Source: Calditrichia bacterium (lineage in GTDB: Bacteria; Calditrichota; Calditrichia; RBG-13-44-9; J075). Taken from it: DNA of 52,432 bases. The stretch is from positions 1 through 52,432 of the forward strand of contig JBOEGD010000044.1 of NCBI GenBank assembly GCA_050633245.1, given 5' to 3'. How positions within the stretch are numbered: the first letter of the stretch is position 1; each line of letters starts with the position of its first letter. This document shows, in pieces, positions 20,491 to 30,208 of this stretch. The notes under the pieces were generated by a model. It was not told the origin of the DNA, ran no database searches, and worked only from the letters and a program-made list of their open reading frames with translations. The position numbers and the translations under genes were made by a program.

Positions 20491-20967
20491 TTGAAGAGCC
20501 CTATGCAGCTACATCTTCTGGCAGAAATCCCGGATGCTTTGGACATCATTGCCCAGTGGTACTATGATGAATGGGCAAGCGTGTTCGACACCAAATCCCT
20601 CGACGACGTAAAGCAGGGTTTGAAGACTTACCTGAACACTGACTGCATGCCGTTGATTGTTGTTGCGGTTGTTGATGGAGAAATTGCCGGTGCAGCGCAA
20701 CTGAAATACCATGAAATGGATATGTTTCCAGACTATGAGCACTGGTTGGGCGGTGTCTATGTTGCCGATGGATATCGAGGTAAAGGTATGGCTGAAAAGA
20801 TCATTCTGCGCATTCTGGAAAAAGCTCGTGATTTTAAGGTTGAAACGATTTATCTGCAAACGGAAAATCTAACAGGCGGCCTCTATGCTCGTATGGGCTG
20901 GGAAGCAATTGAGCAGGTTCATTCAAAGGGATCAGATGTTGTTGTGATGAAAAAAAGCCTGATATAG
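20491..20967 (+). CDS. GNAT acetyltransferase
   Basis: WLGGVYVADGYRGKGMA, LYARMGW; start may be the ATG at 20503. Confidence 0.88.
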   Translation: MKSPMQLHLLAEIPDALDIIAQWYYDEWASVFDTKSLDDVKQGLKTYLNTDCMPLIVVAVVDGEIAGAAQLKYHEMDMFPDYEHWLGGVYVADGYRGKGMAEKIILRILEKARDFKVETIYLQTENLTGGLYARMGWEAIEQVHSKGSDVVVMKKSLI

Positions 20968-20970
20968 AGT

Positions 20971-21546
20971 ATGAAAAAATCTAAAAATTACGGTCTTTGG
21001 AATTCGATCTCTTTTAAACTTTATGAACTGAGAGAGTCATATAAGAGAAAGCCTGAAAAAGTTATTTCCACTCGCTCAATGCCCGGGATATTGCTTCTGG
21101 TGTTGCTGTTCTATTTTGGGTTGGCAATTTTTACAAGAGGGGCAATGTTGTATTACCTCGGGACTTCCAGTGAAGGCTGGATTCAAACCGAGGGAATAGT
21201 TCTTTCCAGCAAAATAAGTGAAGATGATTCCGATACTGAAACGCTTTACTCTCTCGATCTTGTTTACGAATATAAGATTGATGGCCGTACCTACAAATCT
21301 AATACCGTCTCCTATAATGATTTATCTACGGAAAATTATCACCAGGTCGAGGCAGAATATAATCGGTTTCCCAAAGGGTCGGTTATCGTTTATTATGATT
21401 CAGAAAAACCGGAAAACGCAGTTTTAAGCCCTGGTGTTACTATTGGAAGCCATGTCTTTCTGCTCTTTGGTCTTCTAATGATGGCAGGTGCTTTATTGGC
21501 ATACCTTTTTCCAACACACTTTACTATTTCGTCTCAAAACAGGTAA
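20971..21546 (+). CDS. DUF3592-like membrane protein
   Basis: Two TM helices flanking WIQTEGIV...YEYKIDGRTY...VYYDSEKPENAVL. Confidence 0.75.
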   Translation: MKKSKNYGLWNSISFKLYELRESYKRKPEKVISTRSMPGILLLVLLFYFGLAIFTRGAMLYYLGTSSEGWIQTEGIVLSSKISEDDSDTETLYSLDLVYEYKIDGRTYKSNTVSYNDLSTENYHQVEAEYNRFPKGSVIVYYDSEKPENAVLSPGVTIGSHVFLLFGLLMMAGALLAYLFPTHFTISSQNR

Positions 21547-21728
21547 TAAATCAACTATAAAACGACTACAAATATTCAATATTTTGTAATAGTTGATCCA
21601 CTCCGCATCTTCTTCGGATTTTCTCCTTATATTTAGAGCTTTCGGAAATGATTTAAGTTCGCTACAGGTGTTCCGTTGATTTGTAGTGATGTATTTTTAT
21701 GGAACAGCTGCACGTACTTTAAAACCTC

Positions 21729-21757
21729 TTGACTAATCATCCTGACGATATTAACAT
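21729..21757 (+). promoter_or_regulatory. Sigma70-like promoter for sat
   Basis: TTGACT-N17-TAACAT. Confidence 0.5.
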
Positions 21758-21836
21758 TTTCGTTTATCATAAATGCACACTAAACCAATCTTTGCCGGGT
21801 AGCCCGATGCTGCCTCAAAGAAAAAGGAGGACGGTA

Positions 21837-23018
21837 ATGATTTCACCTCATGGCTCCGAAACTCTCAATCCACTATTCGTACGCGACGATGCGAAGAGAG
21901 CCGAGTTGACTAAAGAAGCAGAAGGTTTACACTCTGTTGTTGTTTGTTCCGCTGCAGCTGCCAACGCAGTAATGCTTGCAAGCGGCTATTTTAATCCGCT
22001 AACCGGTTATATGAACAAGGCTGATGCGCTTGGCGTTGCCGAAAATATGAAAACCAGCGATGGTCTATTCTGGCCGGTACCGGTTCTGAATATGCTGGAA
22101 AGCGCTGATGGCATTAACGTTGGTGATAAAATTGCCCTTCGCGATCCGAATGTAGATGGTAATCCGGTAATTGCGGTCCAGCACGTTAAAGCAGTTGAAA
22201 CATTCTCTGCCGATGAAATGGCATCCATGACTCAGCAAATCTTTGCAACGCAGGATATGGAGCACCCGGGTGTGAAGAATTTTAATTCTGTTGGCAATGT
22301 TGCCGTATCCGGACCAATTGAAGTTCTGAACTTCTCCTACTTCGAAAAAGATTTTGAAGGCACGTTTAAAACGGCATACGAGATTCGTGATGAGATGGCT
22401 GCACTTGGCTGGAACAAGGTTGTTGCGTTTCAAACGCGTAATCCAATGCACCGTGCTCACGAAGAGCTTTGCCGTATGGCTTATGAGGCAACCGGCGCCG
22501 ATGGTATTCTGATTCACATGTTGCTCGGCAAGTTGAAAGCTGGCGATATTCCTGCCGATGTTCGCGATGCTGCAATCCGTAAGATGGTAGACGTATACTT
22601 CGAGCCGAATACAGTTCTGGTAACCGGCTATGGTTTTGATATGCTTTATGCCGGCCCACGTGAAGCCGTTCTGCACGCTGTTTTCCGTCAGAATACCGGT
22701 TGTACGCACCTGATTGTTGGTCGTGACCACGCAGGAGTTGGCGGTTACTACGGTCCGTTCGATGCGCAATCTATTTTCCGCGATCACGTTCCTGCAGGCG
22801 CATTGAAAATCGAGATTTTCGAAGCTGACCACACTGCATGGTCCAAGAAGCTTGGTAAGGTTATTATGATGCGTGACGCGCCGGACCATACCAAGGAAGA
22901 CTTTATTCTTCTTTCCGGAACGAAGGTTCGTGAGATGCTCGGTAATGGTGAAGCACCGCCACCGGAGTTCTCTCGTCCGGAAGTTGCAGAAATTCTGATT
23001 AAGCACTATCAGGACTAA
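21837..23018 (+). CDS. sat: Sulfate adenylyltransferase (homo-oligomeric ATP sulfurylase)
   Basis: GGAGG RBS before MISPHG; AFQTRNPMHRAH, YAGPREA, VGRDHAGVG, LSGTKVR, FSRPEV. Confidence 0.96.
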   Translation: MISPHGSETLNPLFVRDDAKRAELTKEAEGLHSVVVCSAAAANAVMLASGYFNPLTGYMNKADALGVAENMKTSDGLFWPVPVLNMLESADGINVGDKIALRDPNVDGNPVIAVQHVKAVETFSADEMASMTQQIFATQDMEHPGVKNFNSVGNVAVSGPIEVLNFSYFEKDFEGTFKTAYEIRDEMAALGWNKVVAFQTRNPMHRAHEELCRMAYEATGADGILIHMLLGKLKAGDIPADVRDAAIRKMVDVYFEPNTVLVTGYGFDMLYAGPREAVLHAVFRQNTGCTHLIVGRDHAGVGGYYGPFDAQSIFRDHVPAGALKIEIFEADHTAWSKKLGKVIMMRDAPDHTKEDFILLSGTKVREMLGNGEAPPPEFSRPEVAEILIKHYQD

Positions 23019-23049
23019 GTTGCAAAAAATATCTTTAAGTTATTTTAAC

Positions 23050-23085
23050 AAAGCCATTCCGATATTTCGGAGTGGCTTTATTTTT
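23050..23085 (+). terminator. Rho-independent terminator after sat
   Basis: AAAGCCATTCCGA...TCGGAGTGGCTTT hairpin followed by a T-rich tail. Confidence 0.75.
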
Positions 23086-23088
23086 AAG

Positions 23089-23380
23089 GCTCTTTTAACC
23101 TGCAATTACTTACTCGAAAAAGACCTGAGCCAGGAGAAGGCAAGAAAAAATGGCATTTCTTCTTGCCCTGATATCCATTCAGCCTATCACGCGGGAAATG
23201 TTGCAGATGGCTGCAGTATCGAAATTCTCTGATTTAGAAGACGGCGTGCCATACTGTTGTGTCATTTCAATTGACAGCATAGACGCGATTATTACTCGTA
23301 ACAAAAAAGACTTTCGTCACAGTAAAATTCCGGTTCTTACATCGGACGAGCTTCTCAGCACCGATAAAGATCATTTGTAA
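23089..23380 (+). pseudogene. 5'-truncated, frameshifted PIN-domain toxin remnant
   Basis: LLTCNYLLEKDLSQEKARK in one frame, then after an A-run SKFSDLEDG...DAIITRNKKDFRHSKIPV in another; N-terminal PIN Asp motif missing. Confidence 0.7.
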
Positions 23381-23587
23381 ATCCGACCTTATATAATCGT
23401 TAGACTCTCAAATCATTCTTCTTCGCTTGTCTTTAATTATAATCTAATTCCTTCAGGCCATTGCAATTTCCTAAATAATGTAGCCTTTCCCCCCATTGAT
23501 ATGGAGTAGAGCGCGCACTAACCTATTTGGAACTCCTTGATAATTTAATGGCAAGATGAGTTATTGTCATTTACTTAGGAGTATCAT

Positions 23588-26500
23588 ATGAAAGCCCCAT
23601 TCTCTCTTTACAGCATGATCGTGCTAATTTGTGGAATTAATCTATTATTCTCACAGCAATTGCCTGACCCACCGGACAATTTAGATTGGTTCGGCGTGCA
23701 GACTGTAAATGAACGAGGACCATTTTCTAGCGGACCGCAGGTTGCAGCCGTTGGAGAAACGGGATCAAACGTTTATGTCGCCGGAACGCTGCCGTTTGGA
23801 GCGGAAAATGTATTGCGTGTTGCTCACTGGGATGGAAATGATTGGCATTTCCTTGGAAGTCATCTGGTGCGTCCAGGCATTCAAACATCTGCCGGAGCAC
23901 TGGCAGTTGATGCGCAGGGGAATGTATATGTCGGTGGCAACTTTACTGTGGCTTATACCAGCGATACCGATAGTGTTGAGTCGACCGGACTTGCCCGATG
24001 GAACGTCGCTCAACAGCGTTGGGAGGGAATTGGGCAGGGTGGATTTGGTATTCCAACAGACCTTGGTTTTGATGCAGCCGGGAATTTATATGTCAGCGGG
24101 TTGCTAAATGGATATAACTCAGATGGAACAGACATTCCGGTAAATGGCGTCGGGCGCTGGACATATTCTGCGGCTGTGCCACAATGGCAAGGCTTTGGCC
24201 TGGGGTTAGACGGACTCGCGTCTGCTCTGACAATGCATGAAGACGGATTTTATATTGGTGGAACCATGCTAAATGCTTTCAACAACAATGGTCAGACTGT
24301 TCAGGTGTCCGGGATTGCAAGCTGGAGCTTTACACTCGGTGAATGGGAGTCTTTGGCAGCAGGGCTTGTTCCTTTGAATGGCTTCATCTTTGTCAGCGAT
24401 ATGCTGGTAGATCAGTCTGGGCTGTTTGTTGCCGGAGACTTTTCCGGTGGTGACAACGGTGGGGGAAATGTTGCACAAGGTCAGGTGTTGTTTTGGGCGA
24501 ACCCCGGTTGGGTAAGTTTTGACGCGGGGGTTGAAAATAGCATGATCTATTCTTCAATTGAAAAGAATGGTTTGGGAGAGATTTTTCTCAGTCACTCTTC
24601 TTTTCAACCTCAGGCCGCGTACCTGTCTCGCTGGAATGGCACGCAGTGGGATAATATTCTACAGCTCGGACAGGAAAGTTTTCCTATTCTTGCGGCAAAT
24701 CAGCAAAATCCGATCGTGCATTTCTATGCTGGTGGTTTTTTTGATGAGGTAGTAGATATACCGAATAATCAGACTCGATCGATAAAAACGAATGTTTGGC
24801 GAACCAATGTCGGACTACAAAGCATGATTGATGTTGGACCGAACGGATCTAACGGTGTGGTTCGGTCCTGGGAGCGCAGTGGCAACGGGTTTGGTCGTAA
24901 AGAGTTTATTTATGCCGGTGGACAGTTTTCACAAGTAGGTGGAACAAACTCGAACAATATTACCCGATACGATGGAGCAAGCTGGTCGTCACTTTCAGGA
25001 GGTACGAACGGTACTGTTCATACGGTTGCAGCAGGCCATTCTAATTTAGTTGCAGTAGGCGGAGAGTTTACCCAAGTGATAAACCCCGGAGGCAGCGTGC
25101 TGGATGCGCCAGGGATCGCGCTATGGGACGAACAGAACGAAGTCTGGTTCCCTGTTGGTGGCGGCGTAGGTGGAACCGTTTACGATATTGCGAACTTACA
25201 TACCCGAGCCGGCGGCAGCGACCTTGGCGTTCTTGTTGTAGTGGGTGACTTTAATTCAGTTATCGATCAAAACGGAGTGCCCACAAGTGTCCGCTCTATA
25301 GCCGAGTGGGATTTTTTTACCGAGGAGTGGCGCACTATTGGCGAAGTAGCAGGTGGGGCAGAAGCCGTTTATGCGATCGAAGAAAGTTTACCCTACTTTT
25401 TCATTGGAGGTGATTTTACATCGGTTGTCAATGAGGACGGAACAACGATTAACAGTACAAATATTGCGGAGCTGGATCCTATGGCAGGCACCCCAGGAAA
25501 TCAGTGGCGTGCTATCGGACAGGGAACGGACGCTCCGGTGCGAACCATCGTGAAAGATGCCCGGTATTTTGCTGAGCACTTTTTGTATATCGGAGGTGAT
25601 TTTACCGGTGTAATCGCAGCCGATGGTACTTTGCTTCCGGCTGGCCATGTAACCGGCTGGTTTCGTGAGCGGCAGAACTCTGTAGATGGATGGTGGGTGC
25701 CGCTTTCCGGAGGGGTAAACGGCACTGTAAACACAATTGAAGTAATGAGGTTTACTGACTATGCTGGAATTTGGATCGGTGGAGACTTTAATCGAATTAT
25801 TTATGATAACGGAAACCAGCGAGCTGCAAATAACGTAGCGAGCTACGCTCATTATGCCGGGCATAATACAACACGAACCTGGAACGCCCGGGCAGATGGT
25901 GTCAACGGTCCGGTTTATGATCTGCTGGCAATGCCCGGGTGTTGGGATACAATAGGAGAACTGGTTTATGTCGGTGGCGATTTTACGATAGCCGGAGTGC
26001 GTAACGCCTTTGGGATGGCCAAATGGAAGTATCGCTGGCAGAATAGCATTATTGTATCACACTCCGCTCGTGTTAGCACTGGTGGAGGAGGGGGTAGCGG
26101 TACATCGGTGAAGGGGGTAGCATTTCGGTCTTATCCAAACTGTGGCGCAATCTATCAAAAAAATACCGAAGTAACGGTCTTCGACAGCTTGAGCTATGGA
26201 GAGAGTGTCGCGGTGAATGATATCCCGCTATTTGAATATTTTGATTTTAAACTTGAGCCTGTGCAAAATCCGTCAGCAGCACTCGAGTTCGATAGCTTGT
26301 TATTCGATCAGCAGAATCCACTGATAATTTCTTTAACAGGAATTCTGGATACAACGAATTACTCTCCTAACCCGGATGGTCGAACTATTGCGCTGTCAAC
26401 TAAGCCATTTGAAATACAGGTTAATAGGATTGTAGCAGGCCAGGCCCTGACGATGTTTATCCATGCCGTGACCGATGCACCAATGATTCAGCTGGAAGAA

Positions 26501-27076
26501 AATGGCAACATTCTGGCTGATTCGCTGCGCTATGGTGATGCATCAGGTGGTGTAAACCTTCAGCCGGGAAATCATATAATCGATATTATTCGCCCTGCTG
26601 ATGGGCAAATGTTGGGTAGCTTTCCGGTTGATGTATCGCAAAATACCGGTGAAAGCGTCGTTTTAACCGTAGCGGGATTTATGAACCCTGCTGCAAATGA
26701 GAATGGTCCACCGATTTCACTGCATCGCATAGATACTGGCATTAATCCCTTAACCGGATTTAGTGAAAATGAACCGTCTGTGACTATTGCCAAGACGATT
26801 CAATTAAACCAGAATTACCCGAATCCGTTTAATCCGGAAACTGCAATCAGCTTTACGGTTCCTGCGGGGCATCACCAATCAATCGCAGTGCGTATTTTCA
26901 ATATATTGGGGCAAGAAATACAGACATTGCGATCCGCTGTTTTTCCTGCCGGTGAGCATACGCTTCACTGGGATGGCACCGACAGCGCGGGTGAGCCGGT
27001 TGCAAGTGGAGTGTATATTTATGGTGTTATTACGGAAAGCCAAAATCATTATCGCAAGATGTCGCTATTAAAATAA
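23588..27076 (+). CDS. Large secreted beta-propeller protein with DUF4397-like domain and C-terminal sorting/FlgD-Ig domain
   Basis: Signal peptide, many (V/I)GG.F. repeats, IHAVTDAP, LNQNYPNPFNPET...WDGTD...SGVYIY...KMSLLK. Confidence 0.85.
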   Translation: MKAPFSLYSMIVLICGINLLFSQQLPDPPDNLDWFGVQTVNERGPFSSGPQVAAVGETGSNVYVAGTLPFGAENVLRVAHWDGNDWHFLGSHLVRPGIQTSAGALAVDAQGNVYVGGNFTVAYTSDTDSVESTGLARWNVAQQRWEGIGQGGFGIPTDLGFDAAGNLYVSGLLNGYNSDGTDIPVNGVGRWTYSAAVPQWQGFGLGLDGLASALTMHEDGFYIGGTMLNAFNNNGQTVQVSGIASWSFTLGEWESLAAGLVPLNGFIFVSDMLVDQSGLFVAGDFSGGDNGGGNVAQGQVLFWANPGWVSFDAGVENSMIYSSIEKNGLGEIFLSHSSFQPQAAYLSRWNGTQWDNILQLGQESFPILAANQQNPIVHFYAGGFFDEVVDIPNNQTRSIKTNVWRTNVGLQSMIDVGPNGSNGVVRSWERSGNGFGRKEFIYAGGQFSQVGGTNSNNITRYDGASWSSLSGGTNGTVHTVAAGHSNLVAVGGEFTQVINPGGSVLDAPGIALWDEQNEVWFPVGGGVGGTVYDIANLHTRAGGSDLGVLVVVGDFNSVIDQNGVPTSVRSIAEWDFFTEEWRTIGEVAGGAEAVYAIEESLPYFFIGGDFTSVVNEDGTTINSTNIAELDPMAGTPGNQWRAIGQGTDAPVRTIVKDARYFAEHFLYIGGDFTGVIAADGTLLPAGHVTGWFRERQNSVDGWWVPLSGGVNGTVNTIEVMRFTDYAGIWIGGDFNRIIYDNGNQRAANNVASYAHYAGHNTTRTWNARADGVNGPVYDLLAMPGCWDTIGELVYVGGDFTIAGVRNAFGMAKWKYRWQNSIIVSHSARVSTGGGGGSGTSVKGVAFRSYPNCGAIYQKNTEVTVFDSLSYGESVAVNDIPLFEYFDFKLEPVQNPSAALEFDSLLFDQQNPLIISLTGILDTTNYSPNPDGRTIALSTKPFEIQVNRIVAGQALTMFIHAVTDAPMIQLEENGNILADSLRYGDASGGVNLQPGNHIIDIIRPADGQMLGSFPVDVSQNTGESVVLTVAGFMNPAANENGPPISLHRIDTGINPLTGFSENEPSVTIAKTIQLNQNYPNPFNPETAISFTVPAGHHQSIAVRIFNILGQEIQTLRSAVFPAGEHTLHWDGTDSAGEPVASGVYIYGVITESQNHYRKMSLLK

Positions 27077-27087
27077 TGAGCACCTGT

Positions 27088-27130
27088 AAGCAGCAGCCCT
27101 TCAAAGTGATTTGGAAGACTGCTGCTTTTA
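27088..27130. terminator. Terminator hairpin between convergent genes
   Basis: AAGCAGCAGCCCTTCAAA-gtga-TTTGGAAGACTGCTGCTTTT. Confidence 0.65.
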
Positions 27131-27146
27131 CGTACTTTACCTGTTC

Positions 27147-27299
27147 TTACCGATATACATCTTCTACCAGTTTCTTAAACCAGGGCGATCTATCCGCTAA
27201 TACCCACATTAGTAACAATGCGAGCAAGGGGACCGGAATTATCATATCAACCAGCGCAATAAGAATAAGCGCGATAAAAACCAGATTTCGTTTGGACAT
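27147..27299 (-). CDS. Small 50-aa membrane protein
   Basis: AGGAG RBS; MSKRNLVFIALILIALVDMIIPVPLLALLLMWVLADRSPWFKKLV. Confidence 0.7.
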   Translation of the reverse strand: MSKRNLVFIALILIALVDMIIPVPLLALLLMWVLADRSPWFKKLVEDVYR

Positions 27300-27339
27300 G
27301 AAAACTCCTTTTTGAGTAATAAAAATATTTCTTGTGCTG

Positions 27340-27540
27340 CCAGACTGGAGCATTCTCACAATGGAGCAGTGTTGGGAGCTCGACGGCTCTCAACCTTTAT
27401 TAGAATTTTTGAGTAAAATTTTGAATTCTTCTACATTGGAGCAGTTTTTAAAACTGCTCCAATGCCCTAAAACTGCTCCAATGTCCTAAAACTGCTCCAA
27501 TTCCCCAAAAGCTACTCCCAAGCGATATTGCATTGGAGCA
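27340..27540. repeat. TGGAGCA palindromic repeat element, copy 2 (module A, module B, 3x19-bp tandem)
   Basis: CCAGACTGGAGCATTCTCACAATGGAGCAGT (27340-27370); CATTGGAGCAGTTTT-T-AAAACTGCTCCAATG (27434-27464); TAAAACTGCTCCAATnnCC x3 (27449-27505). Confidence 0.9.
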
Positions 27541-27627
27541 ATCCAAGCCAGTTCATGCGATAATTTAAACGTAATTAGTAATAATTGAAGCGGTCAGAAA
27601 AAACAAATTTAATTTTAATAAAAAATT

Positions 27628-27654
27628 TGTCCAGTTTTAATCGCTTCACTCGTT
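27628..27654 (+). promoter_or_regulatory. Putative ECF (ECF42-like) promoter for the YciI-family/sigma pair
   Basis: TGTCCA-N17-CGTT upstream of the YciI gene. Confidence 0.45.
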
Positions 27655-27707
27655 ATCAGGTTGTAAACGGGTTATATTCAAAGACAATTTTTAACGAGGT
27701 TATTCAA

Positions 27708-28052
27708 ATGAATGAATTTATGATGTTGTTTCGCAGCAGTGGCTACGGTGATTATCAACCATCTCCGGAAGAAATTCAGGCAACTATAAAAAAATGGCAG
27801 GACTGGATTGGCGGAATTGCTGCACAGGGAAAGTTTAGCAGCACAAATCAGCTGGGACAAGAAGGTAAAACCCTTAAGCCGGGTAATGTTGTAACCGATG
27901 GGCCTTATGCCGAGGTAAAAGAGTTAATTGGCGGTTACGTTATTGTTAAGGCCGACTCACTTGATGAAGCCCTTGAATTGGCGAAAGGTTGCCCGATTCT
28001 CGAAGTTGGTGGCAATGTTGAAGTCCGTAACATTATGCAAATTGAGGTTTAA
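27708..28052 (+). CDS. YciI/DGPF family protein
   Basis: VVTDGPYAEVKELIGGY, VEVR; GAGG RBS before MNEFMMLFR. Confidence 0.9.
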   Translation: MNEFMMLFRSSGYGDYQPSPEEIQATIKKWQDWIGGIAAQGKFSSTNQLGQEGKTLKPGNVVTDGPYAEVKELIGGYVIVKADSLDEALELAKGCPILEVGGNVEVRNIMQIEV

Positions 28053-28108
28053 GCAGCCGGCTTCGCGTTTAGTAAAATAGGCGCGAAGCTGATTTTTAGA
28101 GAGACTCA

Positions 28109-29344
28109 ATGACAAATGCACCAGACCTTATTCCACACCTCTTTCGTACAGAATCGAGTAAATTGATTTCTGTGCTCACTCATATCTTTGGCCTCGCAAA
28201 TATGTCGGTCGCGGAAGATATCGTAAGCGACACGTTCTTATTGGCCTCTGAGACTTGGGGACTTAAAGGCGTCCCACAAAACCCTACCGCTTGGCTGTAT
28301 ACCGTTGCAAAAAATAAAGTGAAGGATCAGCTGAGACGGGATGCGCTTTTCCAGCAGAAGATATCACCTGAACTAAAACGTGATACGATTGCAGGAGAGC
28401 TTGTTGAACCAAATCTGTCTGAGGAAAGCATTACCGATAGCCAGCTGCGAATGATGTTCGCAATATGTCATCCGGCAATTCCCGAGGAGGCACAAATTGG
28501 ACTTTCACTGCGAATTCTCTGTGGTTTTGGAATTTCAGAGATTGCAGACGCGCTGTTGAGCAATAAAGAGACCATAAATAAGCGCTTGTTCCGCGCCAAA
28601 CAAGTTTTGCGAGAGAAGAGTATTCAGTTGGAACTGCCAGATCCGGCAGAAATTCCACTCCGTCTGGAAACCGTATTGAAGACGATCTATTTACTCTTTA
28701 ATGAAGGCTACTATTCCCAAAGTGCCAACACCACATTGCGAAAAGATCTATGTCTCGAGGCGATGCGCTTATCGCTTCAATTGATTGAGTCAGAACCTAC
28801 CAACAAGCCGGAAGCACGCGCATTGCTTGCTCTAATGTGTTTTCATGCGTCGCGATTTGAGGCTCGCATTGGCTCTGATAATGCCATGATTCTCTATTAC
28901 GATCAAGATCGGTCGCGTTGGGATGAAGCCTTGATTTTACGCGGTGAACAATTTCTAAGTCAAGCTTCTGAAGGAAGTCAGCTCTCCACCTATCATTTGC
29001 AAGCCGCTATAGCTTATTGGCATACTCGGAGCGAAGATGTGCTCGAAAAATGGGAAAACATTTTGCAGTATTATAATCTGCTTCTTCAGTTAGAATATTC
29101 CCCAATCGCTGCATTGAACCGGACCTATGCTTTGGCCCGTGCCCGCGGTAAAGAAGCTGCTATTATTGAAGCCGCGAAACTAAATCTAAAATCCAATTAT
29201 TTATACCATGCATTAATGGCCGAACTGTATATCGATATAGAGAAGGAAGAGGCTCGAAAACAGCTTGGTAAGGCCTTGGAACTGGTTAAAAGTGAAGCAG
29301 ATCGTCAGTTGCTGCAAAAAAAACTGAATGCGTTAAAACCCTGA
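28109..29344 (+). CDS. ECF sigma factor with long C-terminal TPR-like extension (ECF42-like)
   Basis: AEDIVSD, LRMMFAICHP, YLLFNEGY, QDRSRWD, YHLQAAIA; paired with a DGPF gene. Confidence 0.9.
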   Translation: MTNAPDLIPHLFRTESSKLISVLTHIFGLANMSVAEDIVSDTFLLASETWGLKGVPQNPTAWLYTVAKNKVKDQLRRDALFQQKISPELKRDTIAGELVEPNLSEESITDSQLRMMFAICHPAIPEEAQIGLSLRILCGFGISEIADALLSNKETINKRLFRAKQVLREKSIQLELPDPAEIPLRLETVLKTIYLLFNEGYYSQSANTTLRKDLCLEAMRLSLQLIESEPTNKPEARALLALMCFHASRFEARIGSDNAMILYYDQDRSRWDEALILRGEQFLSQASEGSQLSTYHLQAAIAYWHTRSEDVLEKWENILQYYNLLLQLEYSPIAALNRTYALARARGKEAAIIEAAKLNLKSNYLYHALMAELYIDIEKEEARKQLGKALELVKSEADRQLLQKKLNALKP

Positions 29345-29452
29345 ACTTAATGCCTCCAACTCTTTCACTCCTGCTTTTAGTGAATATTTTTTGCAAGTTT
29401 TTTTTTCTCTTACTGTCAAAATCTAAAACCCCTTAAGAAAGGATAGCGGATT

Positions 29453-30208
29453 ATGACAAGCAAGATAGGATTTTTAGCAGTAGCGGCGCTCATGCTTTTT
29501 TTTAGTTGTGGTTCTGAGGATAGCACAACATCGACCGAACCAATGCAAGAGGTTACTGAGCTTCCAGCTGCCTTTGCAGAGTTCGACTCAACGAACACAA
29601 CGATATATCTCGATGGCACAGATGTGGTAATTGAAACCAATGGCCTGCCAAATCACACCTCTCCCTATTGGTCTGCGGGGCACCCATTAGACGTGGAGCC
29701 AACCGTTACGACCTATACACAAATGGCACCCGGAGATATAGATCAGTTTAGCGGAATGTATACTCTTAGGGTTGATGCTGCGCCGGTGGCTGCCTCCAAT
29801 TCTTCATCAACCGGTCTTGGAGCGATTGGTGTCGCTGTAAGTGGTTCAGTGATTTACAATGACCAGGAAGGCCCGAATGTTCCGTTAGATAACGCCGTTG
29901 TTTCGCTTGATTATACCGGTGCTCACACCGGCCCGCAGAGTTATCACTATCATCTTGAGCCTACAGCCTGGTCACAGGACGATGATGAGCTTATTGGTAT
30001 TATGGCAGATGGTTTCTTCCTATATGGCCGTCGAGATTCCGATGGAACGTATCCGTCAGACCTGGATGCGTCCGGTGGCCATATTGGTGCAACATCGCAT
30101 AATGTTGATGGTGAGTATCACTACCATATTCAAAACTCATTGTACTTAAATCAGTACTATATCCTCTTTCCTGGCGATTATCAGGGGACTCCCAGTGCGA
30201 TTCAATAG
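29453..30208 (+). CDS. YHYH-domain lipoprotein 1
   Basis: Lipobox FFSC; NGLPNH, GAHTGPQSYHYH, DGFFLYG, LDASGGH, EYHYH. Confidence 0.88.
   Translation: MTSKIGFLAVAALMLFFSCGSEDSTTSTEPMQEVTELPAAFAEFDSTNTTIYLDGTDVVIETNGLPNHTSPYWSAGHPLDVEPTVTTYTQMAPGDIDQFSGMYTLRVDAAPVAASNSSSTGLGAIGVAVSGSVIYNDQEGPNVPLDNAVVSLDYTGAHTGPQSYHYHLEPTAWSQDDDELIGIMADGFFLYGRRDSDGTYPSDLDASGGHIGATSHNVDGEYHYHIQNSLYLNQYYILFPGDYQGTPSAIQ

Noticed and set aside
21547-21836. Riboswitch or small RNA upstream of sat
   Set aside because: No SAM or other riboswitch consensus recognisable by eye; an Rfam scan would settle it
22065-23006. 313-aa antisense ORF inside sat
   Set aside because: Shadow frame of a codon-biased gene, with no recognisable motifs
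27434-27520. Possible CRISPR array
   Set aside because: 19-bp units are contiguous with no unique spacers, and there are no cas genes
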